A stretch of DNA of 64,000 nt, taken from Gammaproteobacteria bacterium. Lineage in GTDB: Bacteria; Pseudomonadota; Gammaproteobacteria; UBA4575. Below the pieces are notes generated by a model. It worked only from the letters and a program-made list of their open reading frames with translations. It did not search any database and was not told the DNA's origin. The position numbers and the translations under genes are program-made. This document shows positions 8,983 to 19,667 of the stretch, one piece after another. Each line of letters opens with the position of its first letter. The first letter of the stretch is position 1. The stretch lies in assembly GCA_965221955.1 (NCBI GenBank), contig CBDCTA010000029.1, forward strand, positions 288,001 through 352,000, read 5' to 3'.

Positions 8983-10935
8983 TTAATGACCAAGGGCCAT
9001 ATCGATGTACCCAGTCGGACATACATCTGCACAGATGTGACAACCTATACATTTGTTGTAGTTGGTATCCACATAACGTCCAGTTGTAGATTCATCCTTC
9101 TTAACGCGGAATACTGCGTCTTGTGGGCAGTACACTACGCAATTGTCGCATTCAAAGCACATGCCACAACTCATACAACGACCGGCTTCTTCTACTGCTT
9201 GTTCTTCTGTGAAGTTTTTCATGCGTTCTTCAAAGTGACCCAACACTTGTTCAGCATCTGGTCCATGTTCTTCACGTAATAAGCGAGGCGTATATGGGAA
9301 GTGGCCTAGGAATAATTCATCGTAAGAAATAATTTCCTGTTCAGCACGATCCTCAAAATTATGTACAGAGAATTTTGCTGAATCTGTGCCACGTGTTTCG
9401 CCTACATTATAGTTTTCAGGTTCAAGCCCTGATTCTTGTAATTTTTCTAATAAATCAAAATGATGTACATCTACTTTCGGACGCTTCTTAATTTCAGTTT
9501 TATTAAAGTAGTAATCAATACTTTCAGCAGCGATAGATGCTTGGCCAATTGCAGTGGTTAATAAGTGAGGGCGAATGATGTCACCACAAACAAAATGACC
9601 TTCACGTTCAGGTACAGCATAAAATTTATCGGCATCGATAAGCCCACGACCATTATCGAATTCTTCTAAACCTTCGAGATCACCACCTTGACCAATTGCA
9701 GAAACAATTAAGTCACATTCAATATCAAATTCTGTGCCTTCAACAGGTACCGGGCGATTATCTTCCATTTTGCATTCCGCCATGCGCAATGCAGTAGCGC
9801 GTCCATCTTCTCCAAGAACTACTTTGACTGGCATTACACCATCTTTAATGGTTACACCCTCACGCTGTGCATCATGTACTTCATGTTCTGCCGCAGTCAT
9901 TTCCGCTTTTGGGAACAAAGAGGTCAAAGTAACTTCAGCGCCCTCACGCGCAGCAGCGTAAGCCGCATCATGTGCCACATAACCGCCAATGACATGCTCT
10001 GGCGCCTCTTCTTTATTGAGTTTTCCAATTTTTCCGAGACGACGTGCAACGGATACTACGTCAATAGAAGTATCACCACCGCCTACACATACCACTCGAT
10101 CTGCGGTTACTTGTAAACGCCCAGTATTAAACGCCTCTAAGAATTTCACGCCCGATACACAGTTAGGTGCATCGCCCCCTTCTACCGGAAGACCGCGGCC
10201 AGACTGACAACCTAGCGCCCATAAAACTGCATCAAATTCTTTTTCGACATCAGCAACCGAAACATCTTTACCCACGCGCGTATTCATACGGGTTTCAATG
10301 TTGCCCATATCGAGAATGCGTTGAATTTCATGATTTAGAAAATCACGTGGCGTTCGATAGCCTGGAATACCGTAACGGAACATACCGCCTAACTCTTCAT
10401 GATCATCAAAAATAACACTGGCATGGCCCATACGACGTAACTGGTAAGCAGCTGCAAGCCCTGCGGGTCCACCGCCAATAATTGCAACCGTTTTGCCCGT
10501 TAATTTTTCAGGTGCTTCAAATTTAAAGCCTTGTTCAAAAGCTGTATCACCTATGTACTGTTCAACTGCATTAATTCCAACGAAGTCTTCTACGTGATTA
10601 CGATTGCAGCCATCTTGACATGGTGCAGGGCAAACACGGCCCATCATAGAAGGGAATGGATTGGCATCGGTTGAGCGTAAAAATGCATATTCTTGCATGC
10701 TCATACCTTCTTCTTGTGGTTTTTCAATGCCTCTAACAATTTGCAACCAGCCACGAATATCTTCACCTGAAGGACAGCTACCTTGGCAAGGAGGTGTACG
10801 ATGTACATAGGTCGGACATTTATGTGACGTGTCTTCATTAAAGATTTGGTCTCCAAAATTTCCCCAGGTGTGATCACCATCTTCAAACTTTCTGAACGTT
10901 AGTTTGTGGGTCATTTCTTCTTTAGAAGTTGCCAT
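8983..10935 (-). CDS. dsrL: DsrL, iron-sulfur flavoprotein NAD(P)H oxidoreductase
   Basis: PPCQGSCP, GRVCPAPCQDGCNR, GGGPAG, GGGDTSID and C-terminal ferredoxin motifs. Confidence 0.96.
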   Translation of the reverse strand: MATSKEEMTHKLTFRKFEDGDHTWGNFGDQIFNEDTSHKCPTYVHRTPPCQGSCPSGEDIRGWLQIVRGIEKPQEEGMSMQEYAFLRSTDANPFPSMMGRVCPAPCQDGCNRNHVEDFVGINAVEQYIGDTAFEQGFKFEAPEKLTGKTVAIIGGGPAGLAAAYQLRRMGHASVIFDDHEELGGMFRYGIPGYRTPRDFLNHEIQRILDMGNIETRMNTRVGKDVSVADVEKEFDAVLWALGCQSGRGLPVEGGDAPNCVSGVKFLEAFNTGRLQVTADRVVCVGGGDTSIDVVSVARRLGKIGKLNKEEAPEHVIGGYVAHDAAYAAAREGAEVTLTSLFPKAEMTAAEHEVHDAQREGVTIKDGVMPVKVVLGEDGRATALRMAECKMEDNRPVPVEGTEFDIECDLIVSAIGQGGDLEGLEEFDNGRGLIDADKFYAVPEREGHFVCGDIIRPHLLTTAIGQASIAAESIDYYFNKTEIKKRPKVDVHHFDLLEKLQESGLEPENYNVGETRGTDSAKFSVHNFEDRAEQEIISYDELFLGHFPYTPRLLREEHGPDAEQVLGHFEERMKNFTEEQAVEEAGRCMSCGMCFECDNCVVYCPQDAVFRVKKDESTTGRYVDTNYNKCIGCHICADVCPTGYIDMALGH

Positions 10936-10987
10936 AGTTAGCTCCTAGCTCTTATATATCTAAATAGTTCCAAATTAAAAATGCTCA

Positions 10988-12541
10988 TCAAGCTGCTTCA
11001 ACCTGATCTTCGTTATCTGTTGTGTCTTCCTCATCACCTTCTGATGCATTTTCAGGCTCAAGCACAATTGCGTTACTGACTAATTGGTGCAGACTGACAA
11101 TTTGATCCATACGGAAGTCGTAATAAGGAAATACTTTTGAAAACTGACTTTTACAAATGGCACAGATCGCTGCCATATGCGTTACGCCATAATCATCCAC
11201 TACATTTTTCAAAGCTTCCATGCGTGGCATTGCACCTTTAACACGTAATTCAATTAAATCATCCGTTAACAAACCACCGCCGCCGCCGCAACAATAAGTG
11301 CCTTCTTTAATGGCATAACTTGGCATGTCGACATAGTTGTTACACACCGCTTTAATAATTTCTCTTGGGATCTCGAACTGACCTCCAGGAACGTCTCCCA
11401 TGCGTGATGCGCGCGCAACGTTACAAGAATCATGATAAGTAACGACCATGTCGTCATTCTCAGATGGATCGAGTGTTAGTTTGCCTTCTTTAATTAAGCT
11501 ATGGGTCACTTCGCAAATATGCTGAGGCACAGGATAATTAGGGTCTAGAAAATCAAAAGGCCCGGCCAGTGTATTTAAGAATGAATAGGCTACTCGCCAA
11601 GCATGCCCACACTCACCGAATACAATTCTTTTAACACCTAATTCAATTGCAGCTTCACGAATACGTAGTGCAAGTTTTTGCATGTTTTCATAACTGCCGA
11701 TAAACATGCCAAAGTTAGCGGCTTCGCTTGCATATGAACTTAAGGTCCAAGAGATACCTGCTTGGTGGAATACTTTACCGTAACCAATTAAACCATCGAT
11801 GTGTGGCTCTGCAAAAAAATCTGCAGAAGGCGTAATGAGTAATACTTCGGCACCTTTTTCATCTACTGGGAAGCGAACTTTAACTCCTGTGTCTTCTTCT
11901 ACGTCTTCTTCTAATCCCTCTAAAGTATCGATCAATGCTGGTTCGGGTAAGCCCAAGTTGTTACCAATGGTTTGTGCTTTACCGATAATTTCATTGCAAT
12001 ATTTTTGTCCTTTACCAACCGCATCCATTACTTCACGTGCGGCCATGGAAATTTCTGCGGTATCAATGCCATATGGGCAGTAAACTGAACAACGACGACA
12101 CTGAGAACATTGATGAAAATAGCTATACCAGTCGTCTAATACTTCTTCGGTTAAATCTTCAGCACCAACGAGTTTTGGAAATAACTTTCCAGAAAGGGTG
12201 TAATAACGACGATAAACTTTTCTAAATAGATCTTGGCGTGCCACTGGCATGTTTTTAGGGTCTGTGGTGCCAAGGTAGTAGTGGCACTTATCGGTGCATG
12301 CGCCACACTTCACACAGGAATCTAGGAAAACTTGTAGTGAGCGATATTTATCTTTGAGCTCACCCATTTTATCGATCGCAACTTGTTGCCAGTTATCAAC
12401 CAGCTCACCTGGGAAACCTAGTTTTTCTTGAAACTCAGCTTTGGCAACATAGGGTTGACTGTGTTTCATCACACCTTCTTGTAGGCGTGGAATAACAGGA
12501 TATTCTTTAAGTTCGGGAGTATCGAATTCTGCAGCAGCCAT
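10988..12541 (-). CDS. dsrK: DsrK, HdrD-like Fe-S subunit
   Basis: CVKCGACTDKC, CSQCRRCSVYCP, CCG domain (HDSC, CCGGGGG). Confidence 0.97.
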   Translation of the reverse strand: MAAAEFDTPELKEYPVIPRLQEGVMKHSQPYVAKAEFQEKLGFPGELVDNWQQVAIDKMGELKDKYRSLQVFLDSCVKCGACTDKCHYYLGTTDPKNMPVARQDLFRKVYRRYYTLSGKLFPKLVGAEDLTEEVLDDWYSYFHQCSQCRRCSVYCPYGIDTAEISMAAREVMDAVGKGQKYCNEIIGKAQTIGNNLGLPEPALIDTLEGLEEDVEEDTGVKVRFPVDEKGAEVLLITPSADFFAEPHIDGLIGYGKVFHQAGISWTLSSYASEAANFGMFIGSYENMQKLALRIREAAIELGVKRIVFGECGHAWRVAYSFLNTLAGPFDFLDPNYPVPQHICEVTHSLIKEGKLTLDPSENDDMVVTYHDSCNVARASRMGDVPGGQFEIPREIIKAVCNNYVDMPSYAIKEGTYCCGGGGGLLTDDLIELRVKGAMPRMEALKNVVDDYGVTHMAAICAICKSQFSKVFPYYDFRMDQIVSLHQLVSNAIVLEPENASEGDEEDTTDNEDQVEAA

Positions 12542-12543
12542 GA

Positions 12544-13308
12544 TTAACTTGCCTTTGCTTTATTAGATTCAAGTTTAGCAGCCCAATCAGCGATGTGGCG
12601 TTGCTCGCGAGGATTGTCTACTTGATTACGAGTAGGGCTGAAAAATACACCTGGTGCATGCAATAATTTGCTGAATGGGAAAATAATCATAAGTGTGACC
12701 ACCAAGCCTAAATGCACTATTAAGATAATGTCATTAGGCATGTTTGTTAAACCTGCTTCAGAGGTCCAAGCAAACGTCATTAAACCGATTAGAAAAGATT
12801 TCAATGCAACGATATCGGTGTGTTCAACAAAGGTCATTAATGCTCCCGTTACACCGATAGCGATTAATAATAAAAGCATTAAGTGGTCAGAAGGTGAGGA
12901 GATATAACGCACGCGATCTACAAAAAGTCTACGTGCCCATAAACCCGCTAGACCTGCGAGCATCATAAATGCAGCGTATTTGCCAAACGGTTGTAAAAAG
13001 ACCACCCATCCCCATACAGGGTCTGTGAAATAGCGAAGGTGTCGGAGTAAAACTAAAAGTAAACCAAAATGGAACATCCAACCAAATAACCAAATCCATT
13101 TATTCGACTTAAACAAGCTTTCAAATACAGTAAGTTCTTTTACCATTCGGAAAGCAACTCCAGCGCGTGTTGTAGGAGCTGGTGTGGTTGGAATTTTTAA
13201 AGGTGCAGGGGTTTTTTTGTAGATCCAGACTTTACGCGCAACAAAAACAACTAATATAGCGGTGGCTATATAAAATAAAATTGCAAATGTTATGGTTAAT
13301 GTTGACAT
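12544..13308 (-). CDS. dsrM: DsrM, NarI-like cytochrome b
   Basis: TM helices with FH..RHLRYF and PFSKLLH...SPTRNQ. Confidence 0.96.
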   Translation of the reverse strand: MSTLTITFAILFYIATAILVVFVARKVWIYKKTPAPLKIPTTPAPTTRAGVAFRMVKELTVFESLFKSNKWIWLFGWMFHFGLLLVLLRHLRYFTDPVWGWVVFLQPFGKYAAFMMLAGLAGLWARRLFVDRVRYISSPSDHLMLLLLIAIGVTGALMTFVEHTDIVALKSFLIGLMTFAWTSEAGLTNMPNDIILIVHLGLVVTLMIIFPFSKLLHAPGVFFSPTRNQVDNPREQRHIADWAAKLESNKAKAS

Positions 13309-13391
13309 GTATTTGTTTTAAATAAACATGTTATTACAAACATGTTTTAGATATGAGAAGTGGTATAAAACCACCTCTCACCATTCTCAAA

Positions 13392-13508
13392 GAATGTTTG
13401 ATTTGATTTGTAACGAGGCAAAAAACTTTTTGAATGCACAGTGTATGTATCAATACATGAGCAATTCAAAATATTTTTAAACGAAGTTACATGACAAATC
13501 AGGCATTC
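13392..13508 (-). repeat. Structured palindromic repeat (MITE/REP-like), copy 1, just after the dsrC stop codon
   Basis: Terminal arms GAATGTTTGATTTG/CAAATCAGGCATTC. The minus strand reads CGTT..TGCTCATGTA..TACACTGTGC..TTTTGCCTC, matching copies at 29358 and 30561. Confidence 0.75.
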
Positions 13509-13513
13509 AAACT

Positions 13514-13846
13514 CTATACGCAGCCTGTTGGTTTTGGTAACCCTGCATACTTACAAGCTTGCTTTGCTGGTCCATAAGGAAACAACTCATACAAATATTT
13601 ACTGTTACCTTTGTCTTTACCAAGCTTTTTGCCAATTGCTTTTGTAAGCACGCGTACCGCTGGTGCAATTTGATACTCTTCATAGTATTCGCGAAGGAAA
13701 TTAATCACTTCCCAATGGTTATCGCTTAATTCAGCACCGTCTGCTGCAGCCATTGCTTCAGCTAGGTCAGGTTGCCAATCATTAAGGTTCGCTAAGTAAC
13801 CTTCTTCATCAGTTTCAAAAGACTGACCGTTTACTTCTAAAGGCAT
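13514..13846 (-). CDS. dsrC: DsrC sulfur carrier
   Basis: C-terminus KQACKYAGLPKPTGCV with both conserved Cys. Confidence 0.98.
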   Translation of the reverse strand: MPLEVNGQSFETDEEGYLANLNDWQPDLAEAMAAADGAELSDNHWEVINFLREYYEEYQIAPAVRVLTKAIGKKLGKDKGNSKYLYELFPYGPAKQACKYAGLPKPTGCV

Positions 13847-13883
13847 ATGACTCTCCTATTTACCTTACAAATAATAAAAATTA

Positions 13884-14192
13884 TTAAAGCCAAGACTGAA
13901 CAGTTTCATGTTCGGTCGTTAAATCTACAAAGCCGTCATAATCAATGACTTTAATACCATTGATTACATTGCCATCATTCAGGCCACGGGCTTTGATATC
14001 GGGGCCTAAGACATAAAAATTGATATCACTCATTGCACTAGCAACAGTGTCGGAATGTTTGGTGTTTTGCATTGCACCGATAACACCGTCTTCAAAAAGG
14101 AGTACAGAGCTGCCTTTAGAAGCTAGACGCAAGCAAGATTCTAAAGAGTTACGTTCAAATGGGGATTTATTGACTATATGTAAAGATGACAT
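13884..14192 (-). CDS. dsrH: DsrH (TusB family)
   Basis: LHIVNKSPF, LLFEDGV, ARG, YDGFVDLT..QSW. Confidence 0.96.
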   Translation of the reverse strand: MSSLHIVNKSPFERNSLESCLRLASKGSSVLLFEDGVIGAMQNTKHSDTVASAMSDINFYVLGPDIKARGLNDGNVINGIKVIDYDGFVDLTTEHETVQSWL

Positions 14193-14203
14193 TTTTGATT
14201 CCT

Positions 14204-14620
14204 TTAAAAACTCAATACAACATCTTGTTCGTCGATGATTTTTGAAAGTTCATCACGATCCACAACAAACAATGAATCCTTTTCAGCCCAGTCATCATCT
14301 TCGTCTTCATATTTTAAAGCTTGAAGATCATCAGTAGTTAAGCCGCGCTCTTCTAAAGATTCTTTCTCTACGTAAACTTTCTTAATATCGTAATCACCAA
14401 GAGCAGTATAGGTTTTAGAGAAATTCTTCATACCAATTGCATCGGTGTCTTGGTTTTTTGTTAGTTGGTATACACCATCGTCTGCAAATACTAAGCTGAT
14501 GTCTTGATCAAATGCTGCGGCAATGAGTACCACTTCTAAAGATTCTAGTGCGTAGATTGTGCCGTAAGGAGCCTTACGGTTCATATAACAAAACTTTTTG
14601 ACGATGCCTTCTTCTGACAT
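14204..14620 (-). CDS. dsrF: DsrF (TusC family)
   Basis: RKAPYGTIYALESLE, FADDGVYQL. Confidence 0.96.
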   Translation of the reverse strand: MSEEGIVKKFCYMNRKAPYGTIYALESLEVVLIAAAFDQDISLVFADDGVYQLTKNQDTDAIGMKNFSKTYTALGDYDIKKVYVEKESLEERGLTTDDLQALKYEDEDDDWAEKDSLFVVDRDELSKIIDEQDVVLSF

Positions 14621-14622
14621 TC

Positions 14623-15015
14623 TTAATCTCCAAAAGTGACTAGGCGATCCGCTTGGATGCCAGCTTCAATAAGTTGTCCTAAACCAGAAATCCGAAAGCC
14701 TTTGGTTAGGTTATTTGAGGTTTTACCATTACGCTTACTTTCGTCTTCATCCAACATGCCACGACGTTGTGCTGCAGCTACACAAACCACTAAGTCCAAG
14801 TCATGTTTTTCAGCTAGATCTGACCATTCTTTTGGAAGGTTGCGATCATCTTGAGGGGGTACCCCTAAGTCTGTGCCATTATTCACACCATCGTGATAGA
14901 AAAACACGCGAAATATTTCGTGGCCTTTCGCAAGTGCCGATTTTGTAAATTGCAGTGCCGAATCAGATGCTTGATGCGTATACGGTCCTTCGTTAATTAC
15001 GATTCCAAATTTCAC
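14623..15015 (-). CDS. dsrE: DsrE (TusD family), GTG start
   Basis: FFYHDGV, active-site VCVAAAQRRG, ISGLGQL. Confidence 0.96.
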   Translation of the reverse strand: MKFGIVINEGPYTHQASDSALQFTKSALAKGHEIFRVFFYHDGVNNGTDLGVPPQDDRNLPKEWSDLAEKHDLDLVVCVAAAQRRGMLDEDESKRNGKTSNNLTKGFRISGLGQLIEAGIQADRLVTFGD

Positions 15016-15032
15016 ATGAACTCCTAATCAAG

Positions 15033-16106
15033 TTAGAAGCGAATGTGGGTCGAAGCATTTAAGCTGCGACGTGCACCACGCCAGTTATCAATATGGAATT
15101 TAGTGAAAGGCAGTCCTGTTACTTCAAAGAAACGTGGCCAACCAATGCGCTCTACCCAATCATTAATACGCTCCCAATCTTTTGCGTCATCGCGATACGC
15201 ACGCAGGATGCGTTTAACAATGGCAGTTGCTTCAGGCCAACGTGGAGGATTATTTGGAATACCGGCAGCAACTAATTTTTGGAAAGTTGGTTTGCCGCGT
15301 GCATTGGAGTGATTACCACCTACCCAAACTGCAAGTTTTGTATGTTCAGCATCGTTAATTTGCATTGGTGGGCATGGTGGGAAACATGCACCACAGCAGA
15401 TGCATTTTTTCTCATCCACTTCTAGCGAAGGTTTGCCATTTACCATTGCTGGGCGAATCGCTGCAACAGGGCAACGTGCTACAACTGATGGTCGCTCACA
15501 AACATTGGATACTAAGTCGTGGTTAATCTTTGGTGGTTTAGTGTGTTGCACATTAATTGCAATATCACCTTGACCACCACAGTTAATTTGGCAACAAGAA
15601 GTCGTAATGTGTACACGGTTAGGCATGTTATTTTCTTTGAACTCATCTATAAGTTCATCCATCATTGCCTTAACAACACCCGATGCATCGGTACCAGGAA
15701 TATCACAGTGCAACCAACCTTGAGTATGCGAAATCATTGCCACTGAGTTTTTAGTTCCGCCTACCACAAAACCTTCAGACTCAAGTTTGTCAATTAGAGG
15801 TTGTACTTTAGCTTCATCCGCAACCATGTATTCAATGTTGCTACGAATGGTGAAGCGCACATAGCCATCTGCAAACTCATCACCAATGTCACATAAAGTG
15901 CGTAAGGTAAACACATCAAGAATACGTTGCGTACCTGCACGTACAGTCCAAATTTTATCGCCGTTATCGGCAACGTGTAGCAATACACCTGGGCGTGGGT
16001 GTTCGTGATAATCCCACATACCATAATTTTTTCGCATCAAAGGATGCATGTATTGAAATCCGTCTGGGCATCCTGATTCAATTGGTGGACGATGCTCTTG
16101 CGCCAT
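15033..16106 (-). CDS. dsrB: Reverse dissimilatory sulfite reductase beta subunit
   Basis: HTQGWLHC, SCCQINCG, CICCGAC, NNPPRWP, ERIGW. Confidence 0.98.
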   Translation of the reverse strand: MAQEHRPPIESGCPDGFQYMHPLMRKNYGMWDYHEHPRPGVLLHVADNGDKIWTVRAGTQRILDVFTLRTLCDIGDEFADGYVRFTIRSNIEYMVADEAKVQPLIDKLESEGFVVGGTKNSVAMISHTQGWLHCDIPGTDASGVVKAMMDELIDEFKENNMPNRVHITTSCCQINCGGQGDIAINVQHTKPPKINHDLVSNVCERPSVVARCPVAAIRPAMVNGKPSLEVDEKKCICCGACFPPCPPMQINDAEHTKLAVWVGGNHSNARGKPTFQKLVAAGIPNNPPRWPEATAIVKRILRAYRDDAKDWERINDWVERIGWPRFFEVTGLPFTKFHIDNWRGARRSLNASTHIRF

Positions 16107-16178
16107 TTATGTTCTCCTACGCTTAATTCTTATTTACTTTGAAGTTTTTACTTTGAAGTTAGATTTTGGTGTTTTTGA

Positions 16179-17438
16179 TTAACCAGCAGCAGCTTGTTCT
16201 GCTTTTTTCTGGAACCATTGCTCTGCTTCTTCATCCCAACCATCCATACGAACGTAAGAACTTTGTCGAGGTTCGTTGACCATATTTGGATCAACATCTA
16301 CATCAACACCTTCTAGGAAGTTGACTAAACCAATACGTTCAATCATTTCACCGCAGCGCTCATGTTCTAGACCGTTTTCTGCCCAGAAGTCGATGGTTTC
16401 TTCTGCAAGCTCTACAATCTTTTCATAGTCTTCTTCGGTTTCTAGTTTCATGAATGGAATTACAACCGTTCCCATCAAGTCACCAATTTTAAGGGTACGT
16501 TTACCACCCATAAGAATTGATACACCTTTGTCATCACCAGGAGACAATGCTTTCACCATAACGTTTAAGCAGTGCATGCAACGAACGCAATCTTTATTGT
16601 TTACATCTAAGGTGTCGTCATCTTTTAACGCTAATGCTTTCGTTGGGCAACGTGTAATTACATTATCAATTACATATTGACGACCTTTGCGCTCAACGAA
16701 TTTTTTCACTTCTTCTTGGTCAACTTTCATGTCATCACGCCAAGTACCAATAATGGCAAAGTCGGCACGTTCAATTGCGTTCATGCAATCATTCGGGCAA
16801 CCAGAAACTTTGAATTTAAATTTGTAAGGTAAGGCGGGGCGGTGAACATCATCAGTGAAGTTATTGAGAAGTGTGCGATGAATTTTCATTTCATCTGCAT
16901 TAGACATTTCACAGCGTGCAGCACCTACACAAGACATTCCTGTACGTACGCATGGTCCTGCACCCCCAAGATCCCATCCGTATTCGTTAATTTCGTCGAA
17001 AAAGTGTTGTGTGTTTTCTGTTGTCGCACCGATGAACATAATGTTACCGGTTTGACCGTGGAAAGTGACTAGGCCTGAACCATGTTTTTCCCAGCTATCG
17101 CCAAGTTGACGTAGCATATCTGTCGAGTAGTAATTGCCTGCAGGCGGTTGTACGCGCAGCGTGTGAAATTCTTTTGATTCTGGAAATGCTGCACCGACTT
17201 CTGAAAAGCGAGGAATGATTCCACTACCGTATCCAAATACAGAAACGGTTCCACCTTTCCAATACCCTTTGCGCGTCTCGTATGAATGTTCGAGCTGACC
17301 TAACAAAGAATTGGCTACACCTTGAATTCTTTCGTCAGGATGCTGGTCGCGCAGACGTTTAAAACCAGAAATGAAACTTGGCCATGGGCCTTTCTCTAGC
17401 TCATCAAGCATGGGGGTAGGATGATGCTTATCAGCCAT
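16179..17438 (-). CDS. dsrA: Reverse dissimilatory sulfite reductase alpha subunit
   Basis: GPWPSF, WKGG, CVGAARC, YKFKFKVSGCPNDC, CVRCMHC. Confidence 0.98.
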   Translation of the reverse strand: MADKHHPTPMLDELEKGPWPSFISGFKRLRDQHPDERIQGVANSLLGQLEHSYETRKGYWKGGTVSVFGYGSGIIPRFSEVGAAFPESKEFHTLRVQPPAGNYYSTDMLRQLGDSWEKHGSGLVTFHGQTGNIMFIGATTENTQHFFDEINEYGWDLGGAGPCVRTGMSCVGAARCEMSNADEMKIHRTLLNNFTDDVHRPALPYKFKFKVSGCPNDCMNAIERADFAIIGTWRDDMKVDQEEVKKFVERKGRQYVIDNVITRCPTKALALKDDDTLDVNNKDCVRCMHCLNVMVKALSPGDDKGVSILMGGKRTLKIGDLMGTVVIPFMKLETEEDYEKIVELAEETIDFWAENGLEHERCGEMIERIGLVNFLEGVDVDVDPNMVNEPRQSSYVRMDGWDEEAEQWFQKKAEQAAAG

Positions 17439-17769
17439 AGTGGAATCTCCTAAAAATTGTTGTCAAAAAGTCGTTAATTTTGGAATTTGCTGAGCAAATC
17501 TAGGTCGACAGAAAACATATTCCGTTACATTCCAGAACCTAATAGAAAAGTCCTAAAAACATAATGTTAGAAGTGTAGAAGTAGGGCTAAAAAGGCTAAA
17601 TCCCTACCATTGGGTGCCGGCTTAAATACAACTTATCCCAATAGAGATACGATTTATTACAGTCATGAGATAAGTAATTTTAAGGGGTTTGCGAGTAGTC
17701 TAGATCCATGTTCATAACCAACAATAGAACCATGTGTTTACACCATTTTGCTGATATAGCTCATAAGAA

Positions 17770-18660
17770 ATGCAGCCCTATCCCATAAAAGAAAAGCATG
17801 CCTATGAGGCGTGGCGTGAGCAAAAATTAAATAATTATCCAAAGCAGGTGGATGAGTTAATTATTGAGCTAAATAACCCTATAAAATTAATGGATACTGA
17901 GATAAATGCATTAAAATCTATTTGTGCAAAATCCAATTTGGTCATCTACAAATGCATAACAGATGACGATCCAAAGCAAACTGTAATGTCTCTAGCTCAA
18001 CAATTAGGTTTGCAACAACTCGATGCAAACATTTGTGCGGACGAAGACCGCATTTCTGCTATACAAGTTTCTGATGAAAGCAATGCTTATTACATCCCTT
18101 ATACCAACAAGGCACTAAATTGGCATACCGATGGTTATTACAATTTACCTCAACAGCGCATACATGCTTTTTTAATGCATTGTGTGCGACCTGCAGGTTG
18201 TGGGGGTGAAAATACATATTTAGATCCTGAAATTGCATATATTTTATTACGAGATGAAAACTCAGAATATATTGCTGCACTGATGGATGAACAAGTGATG
18301 ACGATTCCGGCAAATGAACAAGATAAAAAAAATATTCGCCCTGAACAAAGTGGGCCAGTGTTTTACTTCGATGCGATGAATAATTTATGTATGCGTTACA
18401 CCGCGCGCAAACGCAATGTTGTTTGGAAGCAGGAAAAAAATGTGCAAAACGCTTTAGCTTGTTTGCAAGAGATTCTGCAGAACAATCCGTATTTGTTTCG
18501 TTATCGACTCAACGCAAAAGAAGGTGTGGTGTGTAATAACGTTTTACATTGTCGCACAGCATTTGAAGATGATGACCAAAGTAAACGTTTGCTGTATCGA
18601 GGGCGTTTTTATAATCGTGTTACGAATGGTGATGCGCTGCAAAAAGTGGTGAATCAATAA
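17770..18660 (+). CDS. TauD/TfdA-family 2-oxoglutarate/Fe(II) dioxygenase
   Basis: WHTDGYY (HxD) and NNVLHCR facial triad, RLLYR motif. Confidence 0.85.
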   Translation: MQPYPIKEKHAYEAWREQKLNNYPKQVDELIIELNNPIKLMDTEINALKSICAKSNLVIYKCITDDDPKQTVMSLAQQLGLQQLDANICADEDRISAIQVSDESNAYYIPYTNKALNWHTDGYYNLPQQRIHAFLMHCVRPAGCGGENTYLDPEIAYILLRDENSEYIAALMDEQVMTIPANEQDKKNIRPEQSGPVFYFDAMNNLCMRYTARKRNVVWKQEKNVQNALACLQEILQNNPYLFRYRLNAKEGVVCNNVLHCRTAFEDDDQSKRLLYRGRFYNRVTNGDALQKVVNQ

Positions 18661-18857
18661 TGTTGTGGTTGAGTGAACTTCTCATGCAGCATCATGAGCT
18701 GAAGTCTTTTGAAGAATTAAAAGAAAAACTTTCTGAGCAAGTTTCACAAGGTGAAATGTTTTTTCGCATGGATGTGCGACCACCCTTTCAAGATACCCCA
18801 GAAAATTGGGAAGATATTTTAGAAGCTGTGTTTACTTCTGCAAATAAGGCTGAGTAA
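18660..18857 (+). CDS. Small acidic hypothetical protein in the dsr-divergent operon
   Basis: Start overlaps the upstream stop (TAATG); DVRPPFQDTPENWED motif. Confidence 0.75.
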   Translation: MLWLSELLMQHHELKSFEELKEKLSEQVSQGEMFFRMDVRPPFQDTPENWEDILEAVFTSANKAE

Positions 18858-18863
18858 TTAAAA

Positions 18864-19553
18864 ATGTATTGGCAAGATCAAGAGGAAAAGAAGCAACAAT
18901 ATGTTGTTCCCGATGACGTTGTTGATTTGTCATTTAAAGTTCAGTGTAAGCAGCTTCCCTTGGATCACGCCTATGAATTATCACAAGCGATTCAACAAGT
19001 ATTGCCTTGGATGAAAGATGAAGCCCACGCTGGGATCCATTTAATACATGGTGCGGAGTCTGGAAACGGTTGGATGCGCCCTGAAGAACCGGATGCCATT
19101 TTAAGTTTGTCACGACGAACACGGTTCATGTTACGTATCCCAAAACATCGTATCGATGAGGCAATTAAACTTGTCGATCAAACCTTAAATGTAGCAGGTA
19201 ATGAGTTAACCTTGAGTACGCCTAACCAAAAATCACTTTCTGCATTAACCACTATATTTGCAAGATATGTCGTCACAGATGATGTTGAAGATGAAGAAGT
19301 ATTTTTAAATCAAACTGCAGAATTATTAAAAGAACAGGGCATAAAAGTTAAGAAAATGATGAGTGGTCGTGCGCATCTGTTACGTATGCCTGATGACGAT
19401 TTATTCACTCGTAGTCTGATGATTGATGGCTTAGAAGTGGAAGAATCTGTTTACTTGCAGCAACATGGGCTAGGCGCAGGCCGATTGTTTGGTTGTGGAT
19501 TGTTTCTACCTCATAAGGGGATAGATGCCGTGGGCGAAGCTCAGCAAAAATAG
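18864..19553 (+). CDS. cas6: Orphan Cas6-family (type I-MYXAN Cas6/Cmx6-like) RAMP endoribonuclease
   Basis: N-terminal VDLSF...LPLDHAYEL, IHGAESGNGW, and the C-terminal G-rich loop QQHGLGAGRLFGCGLF (GhGxxxxxGhG) diagnostic of Cas6. Confidence 0.85.
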   Translation: MYWQDQEEKKQQYVVPDDVVDLSFKVQCKQLPLDHAYELSQAIQQVLPWMKDEAHAGIHLIHGAESGNGWMRPEEPDAILSLSRRTRFMLRIPKHRIDEAIKLVDQTLNVAGNELTLSTPNQKSLSALTTIFARYVVTDDVEDEEVFLNQTAELLKEQGIKVKKMMSGRAHLLRMPDDDLFTRSLMIDGLEVEESVYLQQHGLGAGRLFGCGLFLPHKGIDAVGEAQQK

Positions 19554-19667
19554 TTTTTTAGTGTTAGCAGATGAAAAATCTCCCTTTATGGGAATAAAAA
19601 TACTGTTTAGATTGAAATAACTTAAATGTTCGAACTATCGATATTTTTCAAAAACTAGGAGTGATAT

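Noticed and set aside
8986-17254. Many 60-100 aa antisense or alternate-frame ORFs over the dsr genes
   Set aside because: They lie within well-supported genes and have no RBS or recognisable motifs.
4584-17438. The dsr operon itself as a novel system
   Set aside because: Gene order matches the well-studied reverse Dsr pathway; only the displaced dsrS and the accessory genes are unusual.
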